Below are positions 18,215 to 24,678 of a DNA stretch of 24,678 bases, one piece after another. Numbering within the stretch: the stretch's first letter is position 1; each line of letters starts with the position of its first letter. Position numbers and translations under genes: made by a program. The stretch is from a virus. Taxonomy: Duplodnaviria > Heunggongvirae > Uroviricota > Caudoviricetes. Location of the stretch: the IMG/VR virus record IMGVR_UViG_2690316166_000006, positions 1 to 24,678 of that record, one strand, 5' to 3'. The notes under the pieces are model-generated. The model did not search any database. It was given only the letters and a program-made list of their open reading frames with translations, and was not told the DNA's origin.

Positions 18215-18814
18215 GTGACTAATCAGATTATTTACGACAGGAAACGGTCTGATGTAATGATTGACCTTGAAACAATGGGTACTAATACATGTGCTGCAAT
18301 TGTTTCTATCGGAGCAGTGTTTTTTTCTCCAGAAAGTGAGGAATTAGGTCCTACCTTTTATGTGCCAGTGAATCTCAGAAGCTCGATGTTGAATGGTGGT
18401 ATCGCCGATGGTGATACCATTTTATGGTGGTTGAAACAGAGCAAGGAAGCCAGAGCCGCTATTTGTACTAATGATGCCCTTGATATTAAGGATGCACTTT
18501 TTGAATTATCACACTTTATTACTTGCCATGCATGTAATTTAAAAAAGTTGAAAGTATGGGGAAATGGAGCAACGTTCGATAATGTAATTTTACGCGGTGC
18601 TTATGAGCGCGTTGGCTTAGCCTGTCCGTGGGAATATTTTAATGATCAGGATGTTCGAACAATCGTTAATCTTGGTCAGTTTATTGGTTTTAATCCTAAA
18701 AAAGATATGCCATTTGATGGCGAACGACACAATGCCCTGGCTGATGCTATTCATCAGGCTAAATATGTATCCGCAATTTTCTCCCGTCTTGTAAAAGGGC
18801 AAGGAGAATCGTAA
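18215..18814 (+). CDS. DEDDh-type 3'-5' exonuclease
   Basis: 199 aa. Exo I motif MIDLETMG and Exo III motif HNALADA. GTG start with GAGGA 8 nt upstream. Confidence 0.7.
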   Translation: MTNQIIYDRKRSDVMIDLETMGTNTCAAIVSIGAVFFSPESEELGPTFYVPVNLRSSMLNGGIADGDTILWWLKQSKEARAAICTNDALDIKDALFELSHFITCHACNLKKLKVWGNGATFDNVILRGAYERVGLACPWEYFNDQDVRTIVNLGQFIGFNPKKDMPFDGERHNALADAIHQAKYVSAIFSRLVKGQGES

Positions 18815-19236
18815 TGGCAAAGTCTTTTACACCAGAACAGAGGAAAGAACTGAATAAACAAATTGTGGAACTCGTGCGCCTGAATGGACGAGGAACGGTT
18901 AGGCAACTTGCGGATGAAACTGGTATTAGCCGGTGTGCTGTTAGTCGTTTATCAAGAGAGCTTGCTGCCAGTGGTGATTTGTATATCTCTGGCTCCGGGA
19001 TATTTCTGTCTGCACAAGCACGCAAGGACTGGCAAAACGCCCGTAAAAAACTATCAAGAGTAAAGCCGAAGAAATCGGTAGTGGTTGATCCAGACCTTAT
19101 CTGGTCATTACCTGACGGAGAAATACGTCGTTACGACAGGCGCTTGAACATGATTTGTCACGATTGTCGGAAGAGCGAAGTTATGCAGCGTGTACTGGCG
19201 TTTTATCAGGGAAATTTTCATGAGGTGGTGCGGTGA
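18814..19236 (+). CDS. Putative winged-helix/HTH DNA-binding protein (140 aa)
   Basis: ORF 18814..19236. GTVRQLADETGISRCAVSRLSREL resembles an HTH. Start overlaps the upstream stop. Confidence 0.5.
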   Translation: MAKSFTPEQRKELNKQIVELVRLNGRGTVRQLADETGISRCAVSRLSRELAASGDLYISGSGIFLSAQARKDWQNARKKLSRVKPKKSVVVDPDLIWSLPDGEIRRYDRRLNMICHDCRKSEVMQRVLAFYQGNFHEVVR

Positions 19237-19523
19237 ATATCGACACAACAATGACGGTCGATACGGTTCTGAATACTGGTCTGGCCCTGTTTGGTTATTT
19301 TTACATCATGTTCAGCGCAGGGAAGTGGGCGGCCACTGTTTTTCTAAAACAGTGGAAAAAACGGCGCAAACAGGAGCTACGCCAGAAGGCATTAGAAGCG
19401 TTCTATGACGCATTTGAACTTAACAGCATTGAACCAGGCACAACAGTCAGAGTGGCAACCAAAGGTGATCTGATGATCATGATGTTCCGACAGGAGAAAG
19501 CAGAGAAAGGGGAATCCGCATGA
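19233..19523 (+). CDS. Small membrane protein (96 aa)
   Basis: Hydrophobic segment LNTGLALFGYFYIMFSAGKWAATVF. Overlaps both neighbours by 4 nt. Confidence 0.5.
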   Translation: MNIDTTMTVDTVLNTGLALFGYFYIMFSAGKWAATVFLKQWKKRRKQELRQKALEAFYDAFELNSIEPGTTVRVATKGDLMIMMFRQEKAEKGESA

Positions 19524-20098
19524 AATTTTCCAAATTTTCTGAGTTGGTGAATCGTATCTTGTCCAACAAACACAGCCAGCGTTGCGATATGAATGTAACG
19601 ATTGTTGTTCATTCACCAGGTAGCATTGGTTCAACACCATCAGTTGATGTTCAGTCAATTCAGGCTGGTTTTGACTGGGATTCCGGACAAGTAATGATTT
19701 TTCCAGCCCAGCAACTGACTACGCTAACTCCAGAGCAGGTTGCTGATATTACTGAAAGCGTGCGCAAAGGACAGTCCTGGCACGCATATCAGGAATACAA
19801 AAAGCATAAAGAGCAGTTGGAAAAATTGTCTATTGAGCTGGAAGCTGCAAGAAAGCGAATTGTAGAACAGGGAAACAAAGTAACACCAGTGTCAGCTGAA
19901 CTGCCACCTGCAAATGAAAGTGTTTTGTTATTCGATGCTAACGGAGAAGGCTGGCTGATTGGCTGGCGTTCTCTCTGGTACACCTGGGGACAAAAAGAAA
20001 CCGGAGAATGGCAGTGGACATTTCAGGTCGGGGATCTTGAAAACGTCAATATCACTCATTGGGCAGTAATGCCGAAAGCACCGGAGGCTGGAGCATAA
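19520..20098 (+). CDS. Hypothetical protein (192 aa)
   Basis: ORF 19520..20098. The C-terminal W-rich segment (WLIGWRSLWYTWGQ ... ITHWAVMPKAPE) resembles the DUF551 family, from memory only. Confidence 0.5.
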   Translation: MKFSKFSELVNRILSNKHSQRCDMNVTIVVHSPGSIGSTPSVDVQSIQAGFDWDSGQVMIFPAQQLTTLTPEQVADITESVRKGQSWHAYQEYKKHKEQLEKLSIELEAARKRIVEQGNKVTPVSAELPPANESVLLFDANGEGWLIGWRSLWYTWGQKETGEWQWTFQVGDLENVNITHWAVMPKAPEAGA

Positions 20099-20655
20099 TG
20101 ATCACGTTTACCGACAAAGAACTGATTAAAGAAATCAAAGAGCGAATCGGTAGCCTGGACGTTCGAGACAATATTGAGCGCCGTGCTTATGAAATTGCAC
20201 TGGCATCGCTGGAAGCAGATCCAGTTGCTTATATTTTCAAACATCCGGCTGGAAAATTATTCTGGGCTTTAACGGATGAAAGCAATAAAGAGCAATCGGA
20301 CGTTATTCCTGTTTATGCCGCCCCTCCAGTGCCAGTAGTACCTGAAGAAAAACCAATGCCTAACCCTCTTAAAATGTACGCGGTTGATGCTGTTGCCGCT
20401 ATTGCAGAGGTGAGAGGCTGGAACGCCTGTCGTGCCGCTATGCTTCAGAGTCAAGGTAATTGCATTAAGGATGGTTGGATAAGCTGTAGTGAGCAAATGC
20501 CAGATGATGGTCGTATTCAGTTTTCTGTTTCACTTCCAGCAGCATGTGGTGGAGATAAATATTTTATTGATGGTGTATTTCAACCTTTGAGATATGAGCG
20601 TGACTGTGAAAAAGCGGTTGTGGCCGCTGGCGGTGTAGTTAATTGGGTTAAGTAA
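20098..20655 (+). CDS. Hypothetical protein (185 aa)
   Basis: ORF 20059..20655 trimmed to the ATG at 20098, which overlaps the upstream stop (TAATG) and has GGAGG upstream. Confidence 0.5.
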   Translation: MITFTDKELIKEIKERIGSLDVRDNIERRAYEIALASLEADPVAYIFKHPAGKLFWALTDESNKEQSDVIPVYAAPPVPVVPEEKPMPNPLKMYAVDAVAAIAEVRGWNACRAAMLQSQGNCIKDGWISCSEQMPDDGRIQFSVSLPAACGGDKYFIDGVFQPLRYERDCEKAVVAAGGVVNWVK

Positions 20656-20670
20656 TTTTTAGGAGGATTT

Positions 20671-20997
20671 ATGGCGCTGACACCGGCAGAACGGCAAAGA
20701 AGACGCAGGGAACGGTTGAAGAAGGAAGGAACATCAAGACGTGACTGGATTCTGGAACCTGACGAGTTACGTATGTTGGGGGAAATTTGTGTATTGCGTA
20801 GACCAGGGCGAGTTCCATATTCAGAGAACGAAGTCATCGGACTGCTGATCAGGAAAAACTATAAGGAGTTGCAGAAACAGCTATCTACTACTTGTCCGCG
20901 ATGTGGTCAAAAAATGCCTGTTTCAGAATGCATTTTTGATGGTGAAGGCTCATGCCACCTTACAACCACGAGGCTGAAACTTGCGCTCAAAGTGTGA
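20671..20997 (+). CDS. Hypothetical basic protein with a CPRCG zinc-ribbon-like motif (108 aa)
   Basis: ORF with AGGAGGA upstream. Arg-rich N-terminus (ERQRRRRERLKKEG). Confidence 0.5.
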   Translation: MALTPAERQRRRRERLKKEGTSRRDWILEPDELRMLGEICVLRRPGRVPYSENEVIGLLIRKNYKELQKQLSTTCPRCGQKMPVSECIFDGEGSCHLTTTRLKLALKV

Positions 20998-21005
20998 CTG
21001 GTCAC
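20994..21005. repeat. 12-bp palindrome GTGACTGGTCAC (GTGACYRGTCAC family, copy 3)
   Basis: Overlaps the stop of the 20671..20997 ORF and precedes the RBS of the small ORF at 21016. Confidence 0.4.
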
Positions 21006-21015
21006 GGAGGGATAA

Positions 21016-21171
21016 ATGGACAAAAAGGCATTGCTTTTTGAAATGATACGAAAACGGAGCGAAAAGAGCTTTTCTGATGGTGGTGATGGGCTTTTGAAAG
21101 TGGTTGGGCGAGGCGTAGGAAGGGAACATAAGTATCGGACTACAAAGATATTTAACCAGTTAATCCATTGA
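21016..21171 (+). CDS. Small ORF (51 aa)
   Basis: GGAGGG lies 6 nt upstream of the ATG. Not in the ORF track because it is under 60 aa. Confidence 0.3.
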   Translation: MDKKALLFEMIRKRSEKSFSDGGDGLLKVVGRGVGREHKYRTTKIFNQLIH

Positions 21172-21172
21172 A

Positions 21173-21189
21173 AGTTGGCTATAAAATTT
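21173..21189. promoter_or_regulatory. Operator-like motif AGTTGGCTATAAAATTT matching the cB-cro operator region
   Basis: 16 of 17 identical to 16768-16784 (AGCTGGCTATAAAATTT). Confidence 0.45.
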
Positions 21190-21198
21190 GAGTTTTAC

Positions 21199-21217
21199 CC
21201 TGTAATTTTATACAGTA
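21199..21217. promoter_or_regulatory. LexA (SOS) box CTGT-N8-ACAG
   Basis: cCTGTaattttatACAGta fits the E. coli SOS box pattern. It overlaps a promoter-like TTGAGT-17-TACAGT and lies 25 bp upstream of the ATG at 21240. No other CTGT-N8-ACAG site was seen on manual scanning. Confidence 0.6.
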
Positions 21218-21239
21218 TCAAATAACCTTTTTTAATTAA

Positions 21240-21458
21240 ATGGTATTAGATTCAATGACTGAAGCACCTGTATCAACTCTTGAAGAACTCGGATCAAACC
21301 TAAAAGACATCGACGCCGTTTTGGATCTGGTTAGCGTTGCTCTGGCTTCTCCAGAAGCCAGCTTGCATCTTGGCGAGATTTCACGACTTGTTAGTATGTC
21401 GCGGGAGATTGCTCAGAATTGCCAACAAGTTATTGCTGTTGAGTGTTTGCATCATTGA
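21240..21458 (+). CDS. Small acidic protein (72 aa); candidate SOS-inducible antirepressor
   Basis: ORF directly downstream of the LexA box and the operator-like site. No RBS seen. The function is inferred from context only. Confidence 0.4.
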   Translation: MVLDSMTEAPVSTLEELGSNLKDIDAVLDLVSVALASPEASLHLGEISRLVSMSREIAQNCQQVIAVECLHH

Positions 21459-21501
21459 TACACACCCCGCCCTTCTGGACGGGGTAGCGAAAAGGGTCTA
21501 A

Positions 21502-21789
21502 TCAATAGACGGCATTAATATTAATCGTTGCACCGCATGCTTGGGCATATTTTGATAAAGTTTTCATGCTTGCCCCTAAAGGATTGCTTTCCAGGCGGCT
21601 GATAGCTGACGGGCGCAATCCCATTCGTTCAGCCAGAGCTGACTTCGTTAAACCTGCTCTTTCCCTCATTTCGTATAACATTTCGACCATCTCCAGCTCT
21701 TTATCGGCCTCTTCATATCCTTTGATGGCTTCTGGAGTGTTGAGAAGTTTTTCTTTTACTTCGTTAAACGGGATGCCTTTCGCTTTCAT
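21502..21789 (-). CDS. HigA-like antitoxin (XRE-family HTH)
   Basis: 95 aa. LTKSALAERMGLRPSAISRLESNP is an HTH typical of HigA-type antitoxins. Sits downstream of, and overlapping, the toxin gene. Confidence 0.75.
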   Translation of the reverse strand: MKAKGIPFNEVKEKLLNTPEAIKGYEEADKELEMVEMLYEMRERAGLTKSALAERMGLRPSAISRLESNPLGASMKTLSKYAQACGATININAVY

Positions 21790-22100
21790 CAGTTCATCTC
21801 CTTCAGGCGAGTTCTGGCGATTTCGATAGCCTTCACCGGTGTTTTCTGTGTCTTTTTTACAAATGCATGCAATAGATAAATTTCGTTACCAGTCGCGTAG
21901 GCGTACAGCGTTCTTGCGATGTTTTTATCCCCTACTCGTAGTTCAAAAAGCCCTCCACCTATTACACGGCTATGGGGCATCTTCAGTTTGTTGCCTTCCT
22001 TCTCCAGTCGCTCAATTAATCTGGTCATGCGACCTCGCAAATCATCTGGTAGTTCAAGCAGTTCATCCAGTGCTGCAGGGTGGGTTATCACGTTAAACAT
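21789..22100 (-). CDS. HigB/RelE-superfamily toxin (phage Gp49-like family)
   Basis: 103 aa. LFELRVGDKNIARTLYAYATGNEIYLLHAFVKKTQKTP matches the Gp49-like killer-protein pattern. Toxin-first order is typical of higBA. Confidence 0.7.
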   Translation of the reverse strand: MFNVITHPAALDELLELPDDLRGRMTRLIERLEKEGNKLKMPHSRVIGGGLFELRVGDKNIARTLYAYATGNEIYLLHAFVKKTQKTPVKAIEIARTRLKEMN

Positions 22101-22158
22101 ATTATAGCCTCCATAGCCACAAAATACACCAAAACAAGAAAAAAGCGCAAATTAAAAA

Positions 22159-22176
22159 TTTCACTAAAAAGTGAAA
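22159..22176. promoter_or_regulatory. Inverted repeat TTTCACT-AAAA-AGTGAAA upstream of the toxin gene; candidate autoregulatory operator
   Basis: 7-bp arms with a 4-bp spacer, about 60 bp upstream of the toxin start. Confidence 0.45.
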
Positions 22177-22265
22177 AATAACACTGGATGTGTTCGTTTG
22201 GCAGAGTTACAGTTCGTGTCATTGAGGGGCAATAACCCACTAACTATATGAATTTGGAGGATATT

Positions 22266-22487
22266 ATGAATTATCAAGGTAACGAAAAAATGCGCGACGA
22301 CGTTGCGGAGATAGCTAACGAACTGTATGAGTTGTGGCAGAAGGTTGAACGTTTCGAAAAGGAATATGGTTTCAACAGTACCAACCTGGCAGACCGACTG
22401 GCTGGTCGCTTAGTTGGGACTATGGGGCCAAAACTGGCTGAGTTGAACCGCTTTATGGCTGATGTTGATTTCCAGTTTCAAGATTGA
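22266..22487 (+). CDS. Small hypothetical protein (73 aa)
   Basis: ORF 22248..22487. The ATG at 22266 is preferred, with GGAGG upstream. Confidence 0.45.
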   Translation: MNYQGNEKMRDDVAEIANELYELWQKVERFEKEYGFNSTNLADRLAGRLVGTMGPKLAELNRFMADVDFQFQD

Positions 22488-22500
22488 TTAGAGAGGCGTT

Positions 22501-22728
22501 ATGAATATTAATGAAATTCGTGGAAATATGACTGAAGCGGCCCTGAGTGTGGAATGTGTTATGCGTGGATACCCACGCATTTCCCTGAAAGAGTTAAGCG
22601 AAGCCTGTTTTTTGAGTCAAGCTGCCGTTGAATTTATCATCGAACAGATGATCTGTTTTGGGGTTGCAAAGCGTAGCGGGTCTGGTCGATATTCTTTGAC
22701 CGATGAATATAAGCAGGCAACTTTCTAA
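22501..22728 (+). CDS. Small hypothetical protein (75 aa)
   Basis: ORF with GAGAGG upstream. Confidence 0.45.
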   Translation: MNINEIRGNMTEAALSVECVMRGYPRISLKELSEACFLSQAAVEFIIEQMICFGVAKRSGSGRYSLTDEYKQATF

Positions 22729-22731
22729 AAA

Positions 22732-22753
22732 CTGTGCGACCACGGTCGCACAG
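22732..22753. promoter_or_regulatory. sopC-like centromere candidate CTGTGCGACC-AC-GGTCGCACAG
   Basis: 22-bp palindrome, the longest of the three copies, just after the stop of the preceding ORF. Confidence 0.5.
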
Positions 22754-22837
22754 CACAAAAACGAAAAAGCTTGGCAAAATTACGGTTTTTAGTTATTGTT
22801 TTGTTAAGTTGGGTTTTTTGTACCCAACAGCCAACAA

Positions 22838-22861
22838 GCCGCCTTTATGGCGGTTTTTTTG
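22838..22861 (+). terminator. Rho-independent terminator
   Basis: Stem ccgcc / ggcgg with loop tttat, then seven T. Preceded by a hairpin ttgggt-tttttg-tacccaa and followed by a 10-bp stem gcaggacaag / cttgtcctgc (22878-22903). Confidence 0.5.
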
Positions 22862-22995
22862 TGCCTGAAAAGTGGGCGCAGGACAAGTTGCAGCTTGTCC
22901 TGCGGTCAACCCATGCCAGAGCTATAGGCTGAACCTAAAGCCCACCCGCGATGCGCATCGCCGGGTTAGCTTACCCAGGCAAAAAAATAATAGCT

Positions 22996-24072
22996 ATGTT
23001 CAAAACCACTAATATTCATGGCGCGCAACTCGTTTGCGCAGATTCTCTGCAATTTATCAAAACCATCCCTGATAACTCGGTCAATTTGATTGCAACAGAC
23101 CCACCATACTTCGGCGTAAAGGCTAACGCATGGGATAACCAGTGGGATAGCGATGCTGACTTTTTGGGGTGGATTGATGAATTTTTGGCAGAATTTTGGC
23201 GGATATTGGCCCCTAATGGCAGCCTGTATATGTTTACCGGCTCTCGCCTTGCGTCAAAAATTGAATTATTAACTCGCGACCGTTTCAATGTTCTGAACCA
23301 TATCATTTGGGCTAAACCCAGTGGTATGTGGCGCGGTTGTCATAAAGAAAGTTTAAGGGCTTATTTTCCTGCCACTGAAAGAATATTATTTGCAGAGCAT
23401 TACGGCGCGTCAGGTTATGCTAAAGGTCAGTCAGGTTATGCTTCAAAATGTGCAGATTTAAGAAAAAATATTTTTTCTCCACTAATTGATGCTTTTTCGC
23501 TGGCTCGCCGTCAGTTAGATATATCAGCCGCAGACATTAATTCAGCAACAGGAAAGCAGATGTGTTCGCACTGGTTTTCTTATTCGCAGTGGCGGCTTCC
23601 ATCATTAAGTGATTTTAATAAACTATGCGAATTATTTCGCAGGAAGGCAGATTCACTCGGTGTCCCGTGTCCATATCCTTTTAATGTTGATTATTCAGAA
23701 CATGAAAAGCGTTATAGCGATCTGAAATTGCGTTATGAGGAAGTAAAGAAGCAGTATGATGATTTGAAGGCTCAGTATGAAAATTTGCGCCGCCCATTTC
23801 ATGTTACTGCTGATGTACCTTATACCGATGTATGGGAGTTTCCTCCTGTGCAATATTATCCTGGCAAGCACCCATGTGAAAAACCTGCAGCGATGATGGA
23901 ACATATTATAAAAAGTAGTTCCCGCCCCGGAGATATCGTTGCCGATTTCTTTATGGGATCAGGCTCTACTATTAAAGCCGCGCTGAAGTTAGGTCGTCAG
24001 GCAATCGGTATTGAGATTGAGGGTGAACGTTATCTTCAGACAGTTGATGAAGTGAAAAAGTTATTTGAGTAA
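22996..24072 (+). CDS. Orphan beta-class DNA methyltransferase, probably N6-adenine
   Basis: DPPY (motif IV) precedes the FxGxG-type motif DIVADFFMGSGST (motif I). The start could be 22951 or 22996; neither has a good RBS. No restriction endonuclease partner is in the window. Confidence 0.75.
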   Translation: MFKTTNIHGAQLVCADSLQFIKTIPDNSVNLIATDPPYFGVKANAWDNQWDSDADFLGWIDEFLAEFWRILAPNGSLYMFTGSRLASKIELLTRDRFNVLNHIIWAKPSGMWRGCHKESLRAYFPATERILFAEHYGASGYAKGQSGYASKCADLRKNIFSPLIDAFSLARRQLDISAADINSATGKQMCSHWFSYSQWRLPSLSDFNKLCELFRRKADSLGVPCPYPFNVDYSEHEKRYSDLKLRYEEVKKQYDDLKAQYENLRRPFHVTADVPYTDVWEFPPVQYYPGKHPCEKPAAMMEHIIKSSSRPGDIVADFFMGSGSTIKAALKLGRQAIGIEIEGERYLQTVDEVKKLFE

Positions 24073-24167
24073 CTGAAGAATATATTCCCCTTCCGTTTTT
24101 GATGGGGTTATTTCTCGCCGTATAGTTTCCAAGCCGAAACCTCAGCAACTATTGCGAGGTAAGAGAT

Positions 24168-24440
24168 ATGAAGATGGATGAACGATACAGCAGCGCATCT
24201 TATGGTAGTGCTGGTCTTACTGCGTTCTTTGCCAGCCTGTCATTGCAGGATTGGGGCTTCATTATCGGTGTCGCGTTCAGCATTATCCTCGGTGTACTTA
24301 CATACCGGCTCAATAAACGCGAGCAGATGAAGCGCACGAAGATATTGCAGGACATATTGGATAAAACTGATGCCAATAATATTTCCGCCACGGCGATGGT
24401 TATTGGTGAATTGGGAAAGAGAGCACCGAAGGAAATATGA
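24168..24440 (+). CDS. Holin, probably pinholin-type
   Basis: 90 aa, MKM dual-start-like N-terminus, two hydrophobic segments ([11 protein letters not shown]; [18 protein letters not shown]), GAGG upstream. Immediately precedes the endolysin. Confidence 0.7.
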   Translation: MKMDERYSSASYGSAGLTAFFASLSLQDWGFIIGVAFSIILGVLTYRLNKREQMKRTKILQDILDKTDANNISATAMVIGELGKRAPKEI

Positions 24441-24678
24441 TGCAGTCATCATTACGCAAAGCTGTCGCAACTGCTATTGGTGGCGGGGCTATTGCCATAG
24501 CATCTGTGCTCATCTCTGGTCCGAGCGGCAACGATGGTCTGGAAGGTGTGAGACATAACCCCTACAAAGACATCGTTGGTGTATGGACTGTATGTTACGG
24601 GCATACAGGAAAAGACATTATGCTCGGTAAAACGTATACCGAAGCAGAATGCAAAGCTCTCCTGAATAAAGACCTTGC
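24437..24678 (+). CDS. SAR endolysin (phage 21 R-like lysozyme), 3'-partial
   Basis: [80 protein letters not shown] matches phage 21 R from memory, including the Gly/Ala-rich SAR helix. ATGA overlap with the holin stop. No stop within the window. Confidence 0.85.
   Translation, partial: MMQSSLRKAVATAIGGGAIAIASVLISGPSGNDGLEGVRHNPYKDIVGVWTVCYGHTGKDIMLGKTYTEAECKALLNKDL

Noticed and set aside
24200-24558. ORFs 24200..24391, 24240..24470 (minus) and 24370..24558 (plus) in the lysis region
   Set aside because: They overlap the holin and SAR-endolysin genes on other frames. The holin-to-endolysin ATGA coupling and the R21-like sequence define the true frames.
1-24678. Searched for an integrase or attachment site, tRNA genes and CRISPR arrays
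   Set aside because: None found. Absence of an integrase is expected for a protelomerase-maintained linear plasmid prophage and is not evidence of an incomplete element.

Overview
This window reads as the central part of an N15-like linear phage-plasmid, called from sequence alone with no database search. It contains, in order: the 3' end of a lom-like gene; a lambda/Rac-type side tail fibre operon (stf, an inserted macro-domain gene, tfa); an F-type sopAB partition operon with CTTTGC operator repeats; an uncleaved 42-bp telomere-resolution palindrome next to a protelomerase gene (telN); a decayed anti-immunity locus (truncated Bro-N antirepressor preceded by a structured leader and terminator); three small accessory genes; a 1331-aa primase-helicase repA; a cB/cro immunity switch with palindromic operators; a block of rightward genes of mostly unknown function including a DEDDh exonuclease; a LexA-box-controlled small ORF (candidate SOS antirepressor); a HigB/HigA-like toxin-antitoxin pair; an orphan beta-class DNA methyltransferase; and a pinholin plus SAR-endolysin lysis cassette that runs off the 3' end. 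Two dispersed palindrome families stand out: TGCGACC-AC-GGTCGCA (F sopC-like, three sites) and GTGACYRGTCAC (three sites, unexplained). The most unusual element is the macro-domain protein translationally coupled between stf and tfa, whose C-terminus resembles a fibre tip.
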